Part shown: positions 52,626 through 61,975 of the stretch, in pieces
Numbering within the stretch: the stretch's first letter is position 1
Layout of the letters: every line of letters starts with the position of its first letter
Origin: Halomonas sp.
GTDB taxonomy: Bacteria > Pseudomonadota > Gammaproteobacteria > Pseudomonadales > Halomonadaceae
DNA length: 64,000 bases
NCBI GenBank assembly: GCA_018401555.1
Contig: JAGYKP010000086.1
Span: 42,049 to 106,048 of the forward strand
Reading direction: 5' to 3'
Program-made: the position numbers and the translations under genes
The notes under the pieces: model-generated
Seen by the model: only the letters and a program-made list of their open reading frames with translations
Told to the model about the DNA's origin: nothing
Databases searched by the model: none

Positions 52626-53423
52626 ATGACTGGCTCGACGATGAGTGACGCATCTTACCGTGACGCGATCTTTTCGACACCCCTCGACCGGGTGGCACGC
52701 TTCTCATTCGACGAGCGGGTCGTCGCCTGCTTTCCCGACATGATCCGCCGCTCGGTGCCGGGCTATGGGCAGATACTGGGCATGCTGGGGCTGATCGCCC
52801 GTCGTCACCTGCGCCACGGTGCCCGGGTCTATGACCTGGGCTGCTCGTTGGGTGCCGGCGGCCTGGCGCTAGCCGGCCAGCTCGCCCCGGACGCCTTCCA
52901 CTACGTAGGCGTGGACCTCTCGCCGGCCATGGTCACTCGAGCCCGGGAGACGCTGACCAGCGAGTGCCCCGAGCATGCCATGGAGGTGCTCGAGGGCGAC
53001 ATCCGGCGCCTCGATTACCGACCGGCCGGCATGATCGTGCTCAACTTCACCCTGCAGTTCCTGCCCCCGGAGGACCGCGAGGCGCTGATGACGCGGCTCT
53101 TCGAGGCGCTGGAGCCCGGCGGCGTGCTGGTGCTCTCGGAGAAGATCCAGGCCTCCGATGAGCAGGAGAACGCCTGGCTGGTGGAGCGCTACCACGACTT
53201 CAAGCGCGCCAACGGCTACAGCGACCTGGAGATCAGCCAGAAGCGCACGGCGCTGGAGAACGTGCTGGTACCCGACACCCTGGACGAGCATCACGCCCGT
53301 CTGACCAGGACCGGCTTCTCGCGCAGCCATACCTGGTTCCAGCTCCTCAACTTCGCATCCCTGGTCGCGTTCAAGAACGAGGCCTTCAAGGACACCGCTT
53401 CACCCGCGTCACAGGAGACCTGA
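52626..53423 (+). CDS. cmoA: Carboxy-S-adenosyl-L-methionine synthase
   Basis: [45 protein letters not shown]. Confidence 0.96.
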   Translation: MTGSTMSDASYRDAIFSTPLDRVARFSFDERVVACFPDMIRRSVPGYGQILGMLGLIARRHLRHGARVYDLGCSLGAGGLALAGQLAPDAFHYVGVDLSPAMVTRARETLTSECPEHAMEVLEGDIRRLDYRPAGMIVLNFTLQFLPPEDREALMTRLFEALEPGGVLVLSEKIQASDEQENAWLVERYHDFKRANGYSDLEISQKRTALENVLVPDTLDEHHARLTRTGFSRSHTWFQLLNFASLVAFKNEAFKDTASPASQET

Positions 53424-53425
53424 GG

Positions 53426-54418
53426 GTGCCGATACCCGCCGAACATCGCGACCTCTACCAGGCCTTCCTCGACCAGGGCCTCGACGCCTGGCTCGCCCGG
53501 CTGCCCGAGCAGCTCGCCCGTGGGCTTGACCGCAAGCGCTACGGCGACCTGCCCGCCTGGGAGAAGGCGGTAGCCAAGCTGCCGGTGCTTCCCGAAGAGC
53601 GCGAGGTGCGCCTGGATGCCGATACCATCACGGTGGAATGCGACCTTCCCGACAGCCGGCGCCGCCAGTGCGAGAACCTGCTTGGCAAGCTCGCCCCCTG
53701 GCGCAAGGGGCCCTTCTCGCTGGGTGGCATTCATATCGACACCGAGTGGCGTTCCGACTGGAAGTGGCAGCGCGTCGCCCCCACCTGGCACCGCTGGCCG
53801 GCCGCCGCATGCTCGATGTGGGCGGCGGCAGCGGCTACCACGCCTGGCGAATGGCCGGGCGCCGGAGCCGCCTTCGTGCTGGTGATCGACCCCTCGCCGC
53901 GCTTCTTCTGGCAGTTCCGGGCGGTACGCCACTTCGTCGGCGACACCGACGACCAGCGCACCCACTTCCTGCCGGTGGGCATCGAGGACGTCCCCGAGGA
54001 ACTCGGCTTCTTCGATACGGTGTTCTCCATGGGGGTGCTCTACCACCGCCCCTCGCCGCTGGAGCACCTGCTCCAGCTCCACGGCGCCCTGCGTCCCGGT
54101 GGCGAGCTGGTGCTGGAGACCCTGGTCGTCGAGGGCGACGCCACCACGGTGCTGCTGCCCGGCGAGCGCTACGCCGCCATGCCCAACGTCTACTTCCTGC
54201 CCTCCTCCGCTGCCCTCTGCCAATGGCTCGAGCGCTGCGGCTTTACCAACGTGCGGGTGGTCGACGAGGCACCGACGACGACAGAGGAGCAGCGCGCCAC
54301 CGAGTGGATGACCTTCCAGTCGCTGGCCGACTTCCTCGACCCCGACGACCCGAGTCGCACCCGCGAGGGCTACCCTGCCCCGCGCCGGGCGGTGCTCATC
54401 GCCAATCGACCCCGCTGA
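53426..54418 (+). CDS. cmoB: tRNA cmo5U34 carboxymethyltransferase (compensating indels near 53785-53865)
   Basis: PWRKGPF, IDTEWRSDWKW, FSMGVLYH, RYAAMPNVYF, EQRATEWM, GYPAPRRA. Confidence 0.95.
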   Translation: MPIPAEHRDLYQAFLDQGLDAWLARLPEQLARGLDRKRYGDLPAWEKAVAKLPVLPEEREVRLDADTITVECDLPDSRRRQCENLLGKLAPWRKGPFSLGGIHIDTEWRSDWKWQRVAPTWHRWPAAACSMWAAAAATTPGEWPGAGAAFVLVIDPSPRFFWQFRAVRHFVGDTDDQRTHFLPVGIEDVPEELGFFDTVFSMGVLYHRPSPLEHLLQLHGALRPGGELVLETLVVEGDATTVLLPGERYAAMPNVYFLPSSAALCQWLERCGFTNVRVVDEAPTTTEEQRATEWMTFQSLADFLDPDDPSRTREGYPAPRRAVLIANRPR

Positions 54419-54421
54419 GGC

Positions 54422-55095
54422 TCAACGTCGCAGGATCGTAAGCCAGCGACCCAGGTTGAGAATGCTGGCAAGCGATGCCGCCACATAGGTAAAGGCACAG
54501 GCGGTGAGCACATGGCGGGCACCGGCCATGTCGCCGGGCGGGATGTACTCCTTGAGCAGCGGCAGGGCGCGCTGGAAACTGGCGTCGAATTCCACCGGCA
54601 GGGTCACCAGGTGTACCAGTGCCGCGGTGCCGAAGCTGATCACCGCCGCGGCCACCACGATGGCGAGACCGCCGGGCAGCCGGGTCAGCAGGAACAGGAA
54701 GGGGGCGGCCATCATCAGCAGCGCGCCGAGCCTCTGGCCTTCTGGGCCACCGCCACCAGCCGCGAGCGTGCCAGCAGCGGCGCATAGCCGCGGTGGTGCT
54801 GGATGGCATGGCCCACCTCGTGGGCCGCCACCGTCACCGCGGTAAGCGAGCGCCCGCCGTAGACAGACGGCGAGAGCCTCACGCAGCGCGCCTCGGGGTC
54901 GTAGTGGTCGCCCTGCTCGGTGGGTTCGACCCTCACGCCCTCGATGCCCAGCCGGCGCAGCAGGTGCTCGGCCAGTTCTGCCCCGCTGCCGGGGTAGTCG
55001 TCGCGGCCGCGGGCGTGGCGCTTGAGCACCCACTGGGCCCAGACGTTGGGCAGCAGGAAGAGGGCCAGCAGCAGGGCAATAGCGAGAACAAGCAT
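54422..55095 (-). CDS. YugP-like neutral zinc metallopeptidase (frameshift near 54735)
   Basis: DHYDP, VAAHEVGHAIQH, TLPVEFDAS.RA, VLTACAFTYVAA. Confidence 0.9.
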
Positions 55096-55134
55096 CGAGC
55101 GGGACTCCGGAGGTTCAGCCGAGATAGGGCAGAG

Positions 55135-55461
55135 CTACTGAAACATCTCCAGCAAGGTGGAATGCCAGATCGAAGGCGAAATATCCCCCATCTTGCTCAG
55201 CACCCTTCGCTTGTCGATACAGCGCAGCTGATCAAGCAGGACCCGCGCTGGCTTACCCCGGAAGGTAAGGACCGGCCGACAGCCGAGAGGCTGCCCCTTG
55301 CTAGTCACTGGCGCCACGATGACTCTCGGAAGAACAGCGTTCATATCATCCGGGGAGATGACAAGTGCGGGGCGAGTCTTGCGGATTTCGGTACCCACTG
55401 TCGGGTCGAGATTGACCCAGTAAACTTCACCGCGACGAATATCACGGCCTACCACTGCCAC
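55135..55461 (-). CDS. PemK/MazF family endoribonuclease toxin
   Basis: RGEVYWVNLDPTVGTEIRKTRPALVIS, IVAPVTS, LDQLRCIDKRR. Confidence 0.93.
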   Translation of the reverse strand: MAVVGRDIRRGEVYWVNLDPTVGTEIRKTRPALVISPDDMNAVLPRVIVAPVTSKGQPLGCRPVLTFRGKPARVLLDQLRCIDKRRVLSKMGDISPSIWHSTLLEMFQ

Positions 55462-55688
55462 TCATCCTCACCGACCTCTGCTTCAATTCGGTCTTCCCAC
55501 CCTCCCTCATCGCGCGAGGCATCATAGCCATCAAACCAATGACGGCGCGGTTCCTTGACGGCCTCCACTACCAGACGCTGCCCCTCAAGATGGATATCCA
55601 CCTCGTCGTCAATACCCAGCTCAGCCAACATGGCAACAGGAATCAACACACCCTTGGAATTTCCAATCTTCCTGAGATGCGTACGCAT
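55449..55688 (-). CDS. AbrB/MazE family antitoxin
   Basis: LRKIGNSKGVLIP, acidic C-terminus, overlaps toxin start. Confidence 0.92.
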   Translation of the reverse strand: MRTHLRKIGNSKGVLIPVAMLAELGIDDEVDIHLEGQRLVVEAVKEPRRHWFDGYDASRDEGGWEDRIEAEVGEDEWQW

Positions 55689-55715
55689 GGGAAACCCTCC
55701 CGACAGACTGCATAA

Positions 55716-55756
55716 GTAATAACTTCGTTACTACGCTTAGTCTACCACAATGTCAA
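55716..55756 (-). promoter_or_regulatory. TA promoter/operator
   Basis: Imperfect palindrome GTAATAAC-TTC-GTTACTAC (55716-55734) and TTGACA on the minus strand (55756-55751). Confidence 0.5.
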
Positions 55757-55779
55757 TATCACCGAATCATCACCCATGC

Positions 55780-55869
55780 GACTTCCTCGCCCCCGAGGAC
55801 CCCACCAGAATCTGCGGGGACTACCCAGCCCCAGGCCGGGCGGTGCTCATCGCAAATCGGGCGGGATAG
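55780..55869 (+). pseudogene. Diverged duplicate of the cmoB 3' end
   Basis: DFLAPEDPTRICGDYPAPGRAVLIANRAG* vs cmoB DFLDPDDPSRTREGYPAPRRAVLIANRPR* (19/29 aa identical, same stop position). Confidence 0.85.
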
Positions 55870-55875
55870 CGAGGT

Positions 55876-56874
55876 TCACTCCACCGTCTCGGCGACCTGA
55901 AGCAGCGGCATCGGCGGGAAGCGTCCCAGACGCCGGGCGACCCCCATGTTGATGACGATGGCGAAGTCGCTGACACGCGCCACCGGCAGCGTGCCGGGCT
56001 GCATGCCCTCGACCAGGATGCGCTCCGCCTGCCGGCCGGCCAGGCGGCCAACATCATAGTAGCGCGGCGCCACGGAGAGCAGTGCGGAGGCGTGGCGCAC
56101 CAGCCCCTCGTAGGGGCTGAGAACCGGCAGCCCCCGCGCCATGGCCGTCGCCGTGAAGGCTTCACCGTGCCGCTGCAGGAAGGAAGAGGAGCCGAGATAG
56201 AGCGCATCGACCCTCGCGTCCTTCAGGGCGGCCAGCCCCTCCTCGAAATCCGCCAGCACCGGGCTGCCCCCCTTCCCGTTCGGCACCTCGAGGGCCACCA
56301 GCTCGAAGTCCAGCCGCTCGGCCAGCGCCTCGAGCTCCCGGGCCTTGAGCACCGAGTTGGGCTCACTGGTGTGATAGAGCAGGCCCAGGCGGCGAAAGCC
56401 GGGGAAGTAGGCACGCAGCGTCTGGAGATTCACCTCCTCCGGCACCCGGTTGTAGGTGCCGGTCAGGTTCGTACGCCCGGTGGCCTCCAGGCTCTGGACC
56501 AACCCCGCGCCCACGGGGTCCGCCACGATGGTGAACACCTGCGGCAGCTCCTGGTTGAAGGCCGGGTCGCCGGCCTGCTCGAGGGTACCGGCCAGCCCGC
56601 GTGACACGCTGGTTCCCCAGGAGAGGATCAGGTCGACTGGCAACGCCCTGGCCTCCTCGAGGAAGCGCGGCAGCAGGGCGGTATCCTGCCCGGCGTCACG
56701 CAGCAGGAAGTCCACCTCGTGGCCACGCTCGCGAAGGTAGTCCTGGAACCCTTCGCAGGCCTGCTCGCAGCCGCGCCAGGTGACGATCATGACGCTGAAG
56801 GCCGGCGCCTGCAGCGGCCAGAGCACCAGGACCAGGCCCGCCAGCACGCCTCGCACCACTCCCCGCCTGCTCAT
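55876..56874 (-). CDS. ABC_sub_bind-type periplasmic substrate-binding protein
   Basis: Signal peptide; LPQVFTIVADPVGAGLVQSL, TNLTGT, LGLLYHTSEPNS, VINMGVARRLG. Confidence 0.85.
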   Translation of the reverse strand: MSRRGVVRGVLAGLVLVLWPLQAPAFSVMIVTWRGCEQACEGFQDYLRERGHEVDFLLRDAGQDTALLPRFLEEARALPVDLILSWGTSVSRGLAGTLEQAGDPAFNQELPQVFTIVADPVGAGLVQSLEATGRTNLTGTYNRVPEEVNLQTLRAYFPGFRRLGLLYHTSEPNSVLKARELEALAERLDFELVALEVPNGKGGSPVLADFEEGLAALKDARVDALYLGSSSFLQRHGEAFTATAMARGLPVLSPYEGLVRHASALLSVAPRYYDVGRLAGRQAERILVEGMQPGTLPVARVSDFAIVINMGVARRLGRFPPMPLLQVAETVE

Positions 56875-58863
56875 CGTCCGCTCCTCGCCATAGGTCTCCC
56901 CTGGGTCCCGACAACAGTATAGAGAACCGTCCCCGGGACCACCGCGGCGATCACCAGCAGCAGGCTGGCGCGATGGCCCAGGGCCTCCAGCCAGAGTGCG
57001 CACACCAGCAGGCCACCCAGCGCCCCGAGGCGATCGACGAGGCGCAGCAGGGAAAGCATCCGGGGGGCTTGGTCACTCAGGGTGCGCACCTCCGCATGCA
57101 CAGGGCCGCGAAGCAGCGCGTGCCCCAGTCCGAGGGTGGCCATGGCCAGGGCGAGGGCCGCCGGGGCTTGAACCTGGGTCATGCCCGCCAGGGCGGCGAG
57201 CGACAGGCCACTGCCGAGGATGATGGGCCCGCGAGGGCCGAGCTCGCCGTCGGCAAGGCGGCTGGCCAGGGAACCGACCAGCACGGCGGCCAGGTAGTAG
57301 AGCATCACCACCCGGGCCACCAGCGCCGGTCCGCCGCCCTGGTCGGCCAAAAAGAGCGGCGTCAGGTACCACACGACGACGGCGGTGGTCAGGTTCATCG
57401 GCATGGCGATGCCAAACAGCAGCAGGGAGAGCCGCGGCCGGCGACGCAGCAGCAGCCAGGCCGCGCCCCTCCCGGCGGGTGTGTCCCGGCGTCTCGGGTC
57501 GGCATCGCCGGCGGTCGCCTCGCATCATCACGCCGGCGCGGACCCCGGCCGGGATAAACGGCAGCGCGGCGGCAACGAAGGCCAGCAGGTAGCCGAAGCG
57601 CTGGGCCAGCAGGCCCCGAGTGCCGAGCCACAGAAGACGCCGCCGAGGACGACCGCCATGGTGATGCCCAAGGCCTCCCCACCGGCCCGCGTCGCCTGCG
57701 CGCGCAGCGCGTATTCCTGGCAGGCGATGATGGCCAGCGCATAGCCGACCGCCAGCAGCAAGCGCCAGAGCGTCAGGGGGATGACGCCCTGGCTCATGCC
57801 CATCCCCAACAGCGCCAGTGCCGTGAAGGGAACCGCCAGCAGGAACAGCCGCCGCGCCCCGATGCGGGCAGACAGATGGCCCGCGAAGGGCACGGTCACC
57901 ACCAGGCCCAGCAGGTAGACCAGCAACGGAGCGGAGGCGGCGAGCTCCGCCGAGAGCCACGCCGGACGTGCCAGGGAACGGGCATAGAGCGGCATGAAGG
58001 CGGTCGACACCTCGGTGGCCACCGAGAACAGGAACAGGGCCAGGCGTGTATCGTTGAGATCGGAAAGCCGCAGCAGCACCGGCCGGCCTGCGCCGACACG
58101 CCAGCTCGACGACACGGCGTGCGCCTCGCGGCCAGGGGGAGCCTGCGTCGCGTGGCGCTCGGCAAGGTCCTCGGCGTGGTCGTTGAAGCGTCGGGTCACC
58201 CGTTCGAGGCCACCGATGCCGCCGGGCCTGACGCGGTGGAGAAAGCGGCCATCACGCTGCTCCCCGATCAGGGCCAGCGTACGGCGCAGCGGCTTGCCCG
58301 ACGGCTTCTGCCACCACCACATGCGCACCAGCATCACGGCCACCACCACCGCCACCAGGCCCAGCACCAGGAGATCGAGGAACATCTCCCCCAGGCGCGT
58401 CTGGATGAAATGCGCCGCGGTCTCGACCCTCACCTGGCCCAGCAGGGTCCCGTCGGCGAACAGCGGCAGCGTAGTGGGACAGGGGCGCCGTCCAGACCCC
58501 GCCGACCCACTCCAGACCCGGCACCCGCCCCATCGGTCGCCTCGATTCAGCCAGCACCCCGCCGTCCGGCGCCAGGATGGCGATGTGCTCGATCTCCTCG
58601 AACCTGCCCAGCACCGCCTGGATGTGCTGCTCCAGTCCGGTGATCGCCTCCAGCGGGACGCCCAGCTCCAGCGCCTGCTGCAGATCGACCTGCAGGAGGC
58701 TGGCCACCAGCTGGATGCGCTCGCTCAACTCGGGCTCCACGGCCCGATCGAAGGCCAGCAGGGCCATCCCGCTCAGGAGGGCCACCACGGTCGCGGGGAC
58801 CCCCGCGGCCACCACCAGCGCGAGGCGCAGCCGGAGATGGCGCTCCCAGGGGGCCGTCCTCAC
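56871..58863 (-). CDS. Periplasmic sensor + HAMP-like + MFS transporter fusion (frameshifts near 58470, 57615, 57500)
   Basis: TM-periplasmic domain-TM-HAMP-like segment, then about 12 TMs with MFS motif A-like AGHLSARIGARR and ASRLADGELGPR; GTGA/ATGA overlaps with neighbours. Confidence 0.75.
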
Positions 58864-59659
58864 CCCTTCCCTCCTTGTGTGGGTGGCGGAAGCAACCGGC
58901 AGGCATCCTGGTAACGCCGTTCGGCGGCATCGAGCAGCTCGGCCAGTTCTTCCTCCTGAGGCGGCCGCCCTTCCCCGGTGCCAGGGCAACCCCGCCCGGC
59001 CGCCAGCAACGTCGCTCGAAGGCGTCGATGGTCTGCTCGAGTCGACGGCGGTCAGCGTCACGCGGCCTCCCTGGCCAGGGCCCGACGCAACGGCATGCCA
59101 GCCCGCCACGGCGGCGATGAGCCAGACCAAACGCGGCGCCTGCAGCATCGACAGCTCGGCCGACATGGCAAGGACGCGGGCCTGGCTGCGGCGGCGCTGA
59201 GTAGCGTGCGAGAAGGACGCCGCCCGACGACACGCCGGTTGCACCATCGATCGACACGCCGCTGATGAAGCGATCGCCGCTCTCGAGGTACCAGGGAGTG
59301 CCCGCCGACGCCCGATGCCGGCGGATGACCTCCTGACCGACCCGAGCCGGCGCCTCCGGCAGGCTGGAATGTACCACCCGGCCGTCAGGCGCGAAGACAT
59401 GGATTGCCTCGATCAGGGCATCGGTCCGACGTGAGCGCTCGAGCACCGCCGGCGCATTGCGCACCTGACCCAGCGACAAGCCGAGGCCGGCCGCGATGGT
59501 GAAGGGCTCTGCCGTGCGCTCGGCCAGCACGCCCAGGCGCTCGCCGGTCAGGCCACCTTCGATGCCGGCGTAACGCAGCGTGGCCAAGCCCACGAAGAGG
59601 GCCAGCACGACGAGGTTGACCAGCATGATCGTCGCCCAGGCCCGCCAGAAGAGGGTCAT
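58860..59659 (-). CDS. Membrane-anchored periplasmic sensor-like protein without output domain (frameshifts)
   Basis: TM-domain-TM-short tail; GLGLSLGQV...IEAIHVFAPDGRVV resembles the N-domain of the MFS fusion. Confidence 0.65.
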
Positions 59660-59738
59660 CTCGCCTCGGAACTCAAGGAGCGGTCATCCCAGTGTGGCAT
59701 CACCGCAGACCGACTGCCGTCAAGCTCCCCACGGGCGA

Positions 59739-59820
59739 TCAACGTCGCAGGATCGTAAGCCAGCGACCCAGGTTGAGAATGCTGGCAAGCGATGCCGCCA
59801 CATAGGTAAAGGCACAAGCG
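59739..59820 (-). pseudogene. Duplicate 3' end of the Zn-metallopeptidase gene
   Basis: 81/82 nt identical to 54422-54503; ends exactly at the IS right end. Confidence 0.95.
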
Positions 59821-60000
59821 TTGACGTCCTCCCCTCCCTCAGCTTCTTGGGAAGCTGCCGCCTGCGGCGGAAAGGAAGGGGATTCCTACAGCGCTCAGGC
59901 GCGGCATTGAGCCGCTCCTGAGTCGCTTCGGTGGGTTCCTGCTGCTGGCGGCCTTACCGCACCACTCACTTCACAGGCTAACCGGGCATGCCCTGCCCTT
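59801..60000 (-). ncRNA. Predicted omegaRNA/reRNA with guide CGCUUGUGCCUUUACCUAUG (boundaries approximate)
   Basis: Established architecture: scaffold overlaps tnpB 3' end and RE, and the guide is the sequence 3' of TCAA. Confidence 0.65.
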
Positions 60001-61233
60001 AACACATTGATGGCGCCGACGAGGTCGGCGTTGGCCTGATAGCCACATTCGACGCAAGCAAATCGGGCCTGGCTGCACCGGTTCTCCGCGGCGACATGAC
60101 CGCACTCGGGACAGGTGCGGCTGGTGTTGTGCGGTGGCACAACAACCAGATGCGCCCCGCGCCAGGCCAGCTTGTAGTCGAGCTGGCGCCGGAACTCGAA
60201 CCACCCCTGGTCGAGGATCGAACGGTTGAGGCCGGACTTCTGGCGAATTTGGCGGCCTGGCTGCTCGACACTGCCTCTGGCCGAGCGCGACATGTTGCCT
60301 ACCTGCAGGTCTTCCAGCACCACAAGCGCGTGGTTTTGGCTGATCATGGCGGAAGCCTTGTGCAGGAAATCACGCCGGGCATTGGCGATGCGAGCCTGGA
60401 TTTTCTGGACGCGGGCCTTGGCCTTCTTCCAGTTGTTGCTGAACTTGACCTTGCGGCTCATGGCTTGCTGCGCCTTGCGCAGCGCCGCCTGGTGCTTTCT
60501 GAAACTGTTGAGAGGTGCCAGGTAGCTGCCATCGGAGAGCGTGGCGAACCGCGCCACGCCCAGGTCGATGCCCACGGCACCGCCAGTCGGCGCCGGCACC
60601 GCGACCTCGCGCTCGGTCTGGATCGAGACGAACCATCGCCCCGCCGACTGGCTGACGGTGACGTTCTTGACCGCTCCCAGTACCTCGCGGCTCTTGCGGA
60701 AGCGCAACCAGCCGAGCTTGGGCAGGTAGAGACGGCGATTACCCTGATCGAGCTTGATCTGTTTCGGATCGGGATAGCGGAAGCTGTCGCGCTGCCCTTT
60801 CTTCTTGAACCGCGGGAAGTCCGCCCGCTTGGCGAAGAAGTTGGCGTAGGCGCGATCCAGATCCTTCAGCGACTGCTGGAGCGGGTGGATCGGGCCATCC
60901 CAGAGCCAAGGTGTCTCGGCGCTATTACGCCAGTCGGTGAGCTGCTTGCACAAGGCCGCATACCCCAACTTCTTCTTCTCACCGGCTGCATACCGCTCTT
61001 TCTGCAACGCCAGCCCTCGGTTGAACACGTACCGTGCCATGCCGGCAAACTGGCGCATCTTGCGCACCTGCTCGCCGTTGGGCATCAGTTCGAATTTGAA
61101 GGCTTGGAGGCGTTGCATAGTGATCCATTGGCTATATTTATATCCAGTATTATAGGACGCCTTCGGCGTCCGCGCTACCTCGGCGGCCCCATCCTTCCCC
61201 GCACTAGAAGTACGGGGCATGTCTCGCATTTTG
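59821..61233 (-). mobile_element. tnpB-only IS200/IS605 (IS1341-like) element
   Basis: LE: TGAC|CAAAATGCGAGA-CATG-CCCCGTAC..GTGCGGGG hairpin; RE: GAAT-CCCCTTCC...GGGAGGGG-AGGACG-TCAA|; no tnpA, no TSD. Confidence 0.9.
59895..61118 (-). CDS. tnpB: RNA-guided endonuclease TnpB (407 aa)
   Basis: HTH MQRLQAFKFELMPN; RuvC D (VGIDLG), E (VVLEDL), D (NADLVGAIN); CPECG/CVECG zinc finger. Confidence 0.95.
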   Translation of the reverse strand: MQRLQAFKFELMPNGEQVRKMRQFAGMARYVFNRGLALQKERYAAGEKKKLGYAALCKQLTDWRNSAETPWLWDGPIHPLQQSLKDLDRAYANFFAKRADFPRFKKKGQRDSFRYPDPKQIKLDQGNRRLYLPKLGWLRFRKSREVLGAVKNVTVSQSAGRWFVSIQTEREVAVPAPTGGAVGIDLGVARFATLSDGSYLAPLNSFRKHQAALRKAQQAMSRKVKFSNNWKKAKARVQKIQARIANARRDFLHKASAMISQNHALVVLEDLQVGNMSRSARGSVEQPGRQIRQKSGLNRSILDQGWFEFRRQLDYKLAWRGAHLVVVPPHNTSRTCPECGHVAAENRCSQARFACVECGYQANADLVGAINVLRAGHARLACEVSGAVRPPAAGTHRSDSGAAQCRA

Positions 61234-61234
61234 G

Positions 61235-61975
61235 TCAGATATCGACTCGCTGCACTTGCGTTGTCAGGGTCGCACCGTCCAGATCGAAGACGCGATAGCC
61301 GGGACGCGCGACCGGGTCGACGGCGAAGGTTTCGCTGCCCGGCAGGAAGGGGTCGATGGTGGAGGGGCAGCCGTAGACCATGACCTCGCGCTCTCCCGCT
61401 GCATGGCGGCCTACGAAAGCCTGGTGGATATGCCCGCAGAGGATCGCCTGCACCCCGGTGAAGGGCGCCAGGGCCTGCCAGAACGCCTCGGCATGCCGCA
61501 GACCGATGGCATCCAGCCAGGTGGAGCCCACCGCCAGGGGTGGATGGTGCATGGCGATCAGCACCGGTCGCACAGGGTCGGCGGCGAGGCGCCGGGCCAG
61601 CACCTCCAGAGCCGCCTCGCCGAGCTCGCCGTGGGGCTTGCCGGGCAGGTGGGTATCGAGCAGCAGGATGCGCCAGTTGCCGAGTGCCAGCTCCGCTTGC
61701 AGCGGCCGGGTCGCGGCCATGGGTTCGATCACGTCGTGATTGCCGGGCAGCCACTCCCAGGGAGCCTCGAGGGCGTCCAGGGTGCGCCTGGCCAGGGCGT
61801 AGGAGGCGGGGCTGTCGTCGTTGCTGATATCCCCGGTGACCAGCACCCGATCCGGCCGCTCATGGTTGACGGCCGCCACCACCGCCTCCAGCTGACGCAG
61901 CGGAACACCGCACCGGCCGCGGGCCCGAGGGTCGGCACACAGGTGACAGTCGCTGATCTGGATCAGACGGGGCAT
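61235..61975 (-). CDS. cpdA: 3',5'-cyclic-nucleotide phosphodiesterase CpdA-like
   Basis: QISDCHL, VTGDIS, LPGNHD, AMHHPP, LCGHIHQ; downstream of nudF-yqiB. Confidence 0.85.
   Translation of the reverse strand: MPRLIQISDCHLCADPRARGRCGVPLRQLEAVVAAVNHERPDRVLVTGDISNDDSPASYALARRTLDALEAPWEWLPGNHDVIEPMAATRPLQAELALGNWRILLLDTHLPGKPHGELGEAALEVLARRLAADPVRPVLIAMHHPPLAVGSTWLDAIGLRHAEAFWQALAPFTGVQAILCGHIHQAFVGRHAAGEREVMVYGCPSTIDPFLPGSETFAVDPVARPGYRVFDLDGATLTTQVQRVDI

Noticed and set aside
54422-59820. 82-bp repeat as target-site duplication or phage att sites
   Set aside because: IS200/IS605 elements make no TSD, the repeat ends exactly at RE, and no integrase is present
59895-61118. Nuclease-dead TldR-type regulator
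   Set aside because: All three RuvC acidic residues and both IS ends are present
59895-61754. 619-aa ORF as an N-terminally extended TnpB fusion
   Set aside because: The extension crosses the IS left end and overlaps cpdA in another frame; the typical TnpB start is at 61118
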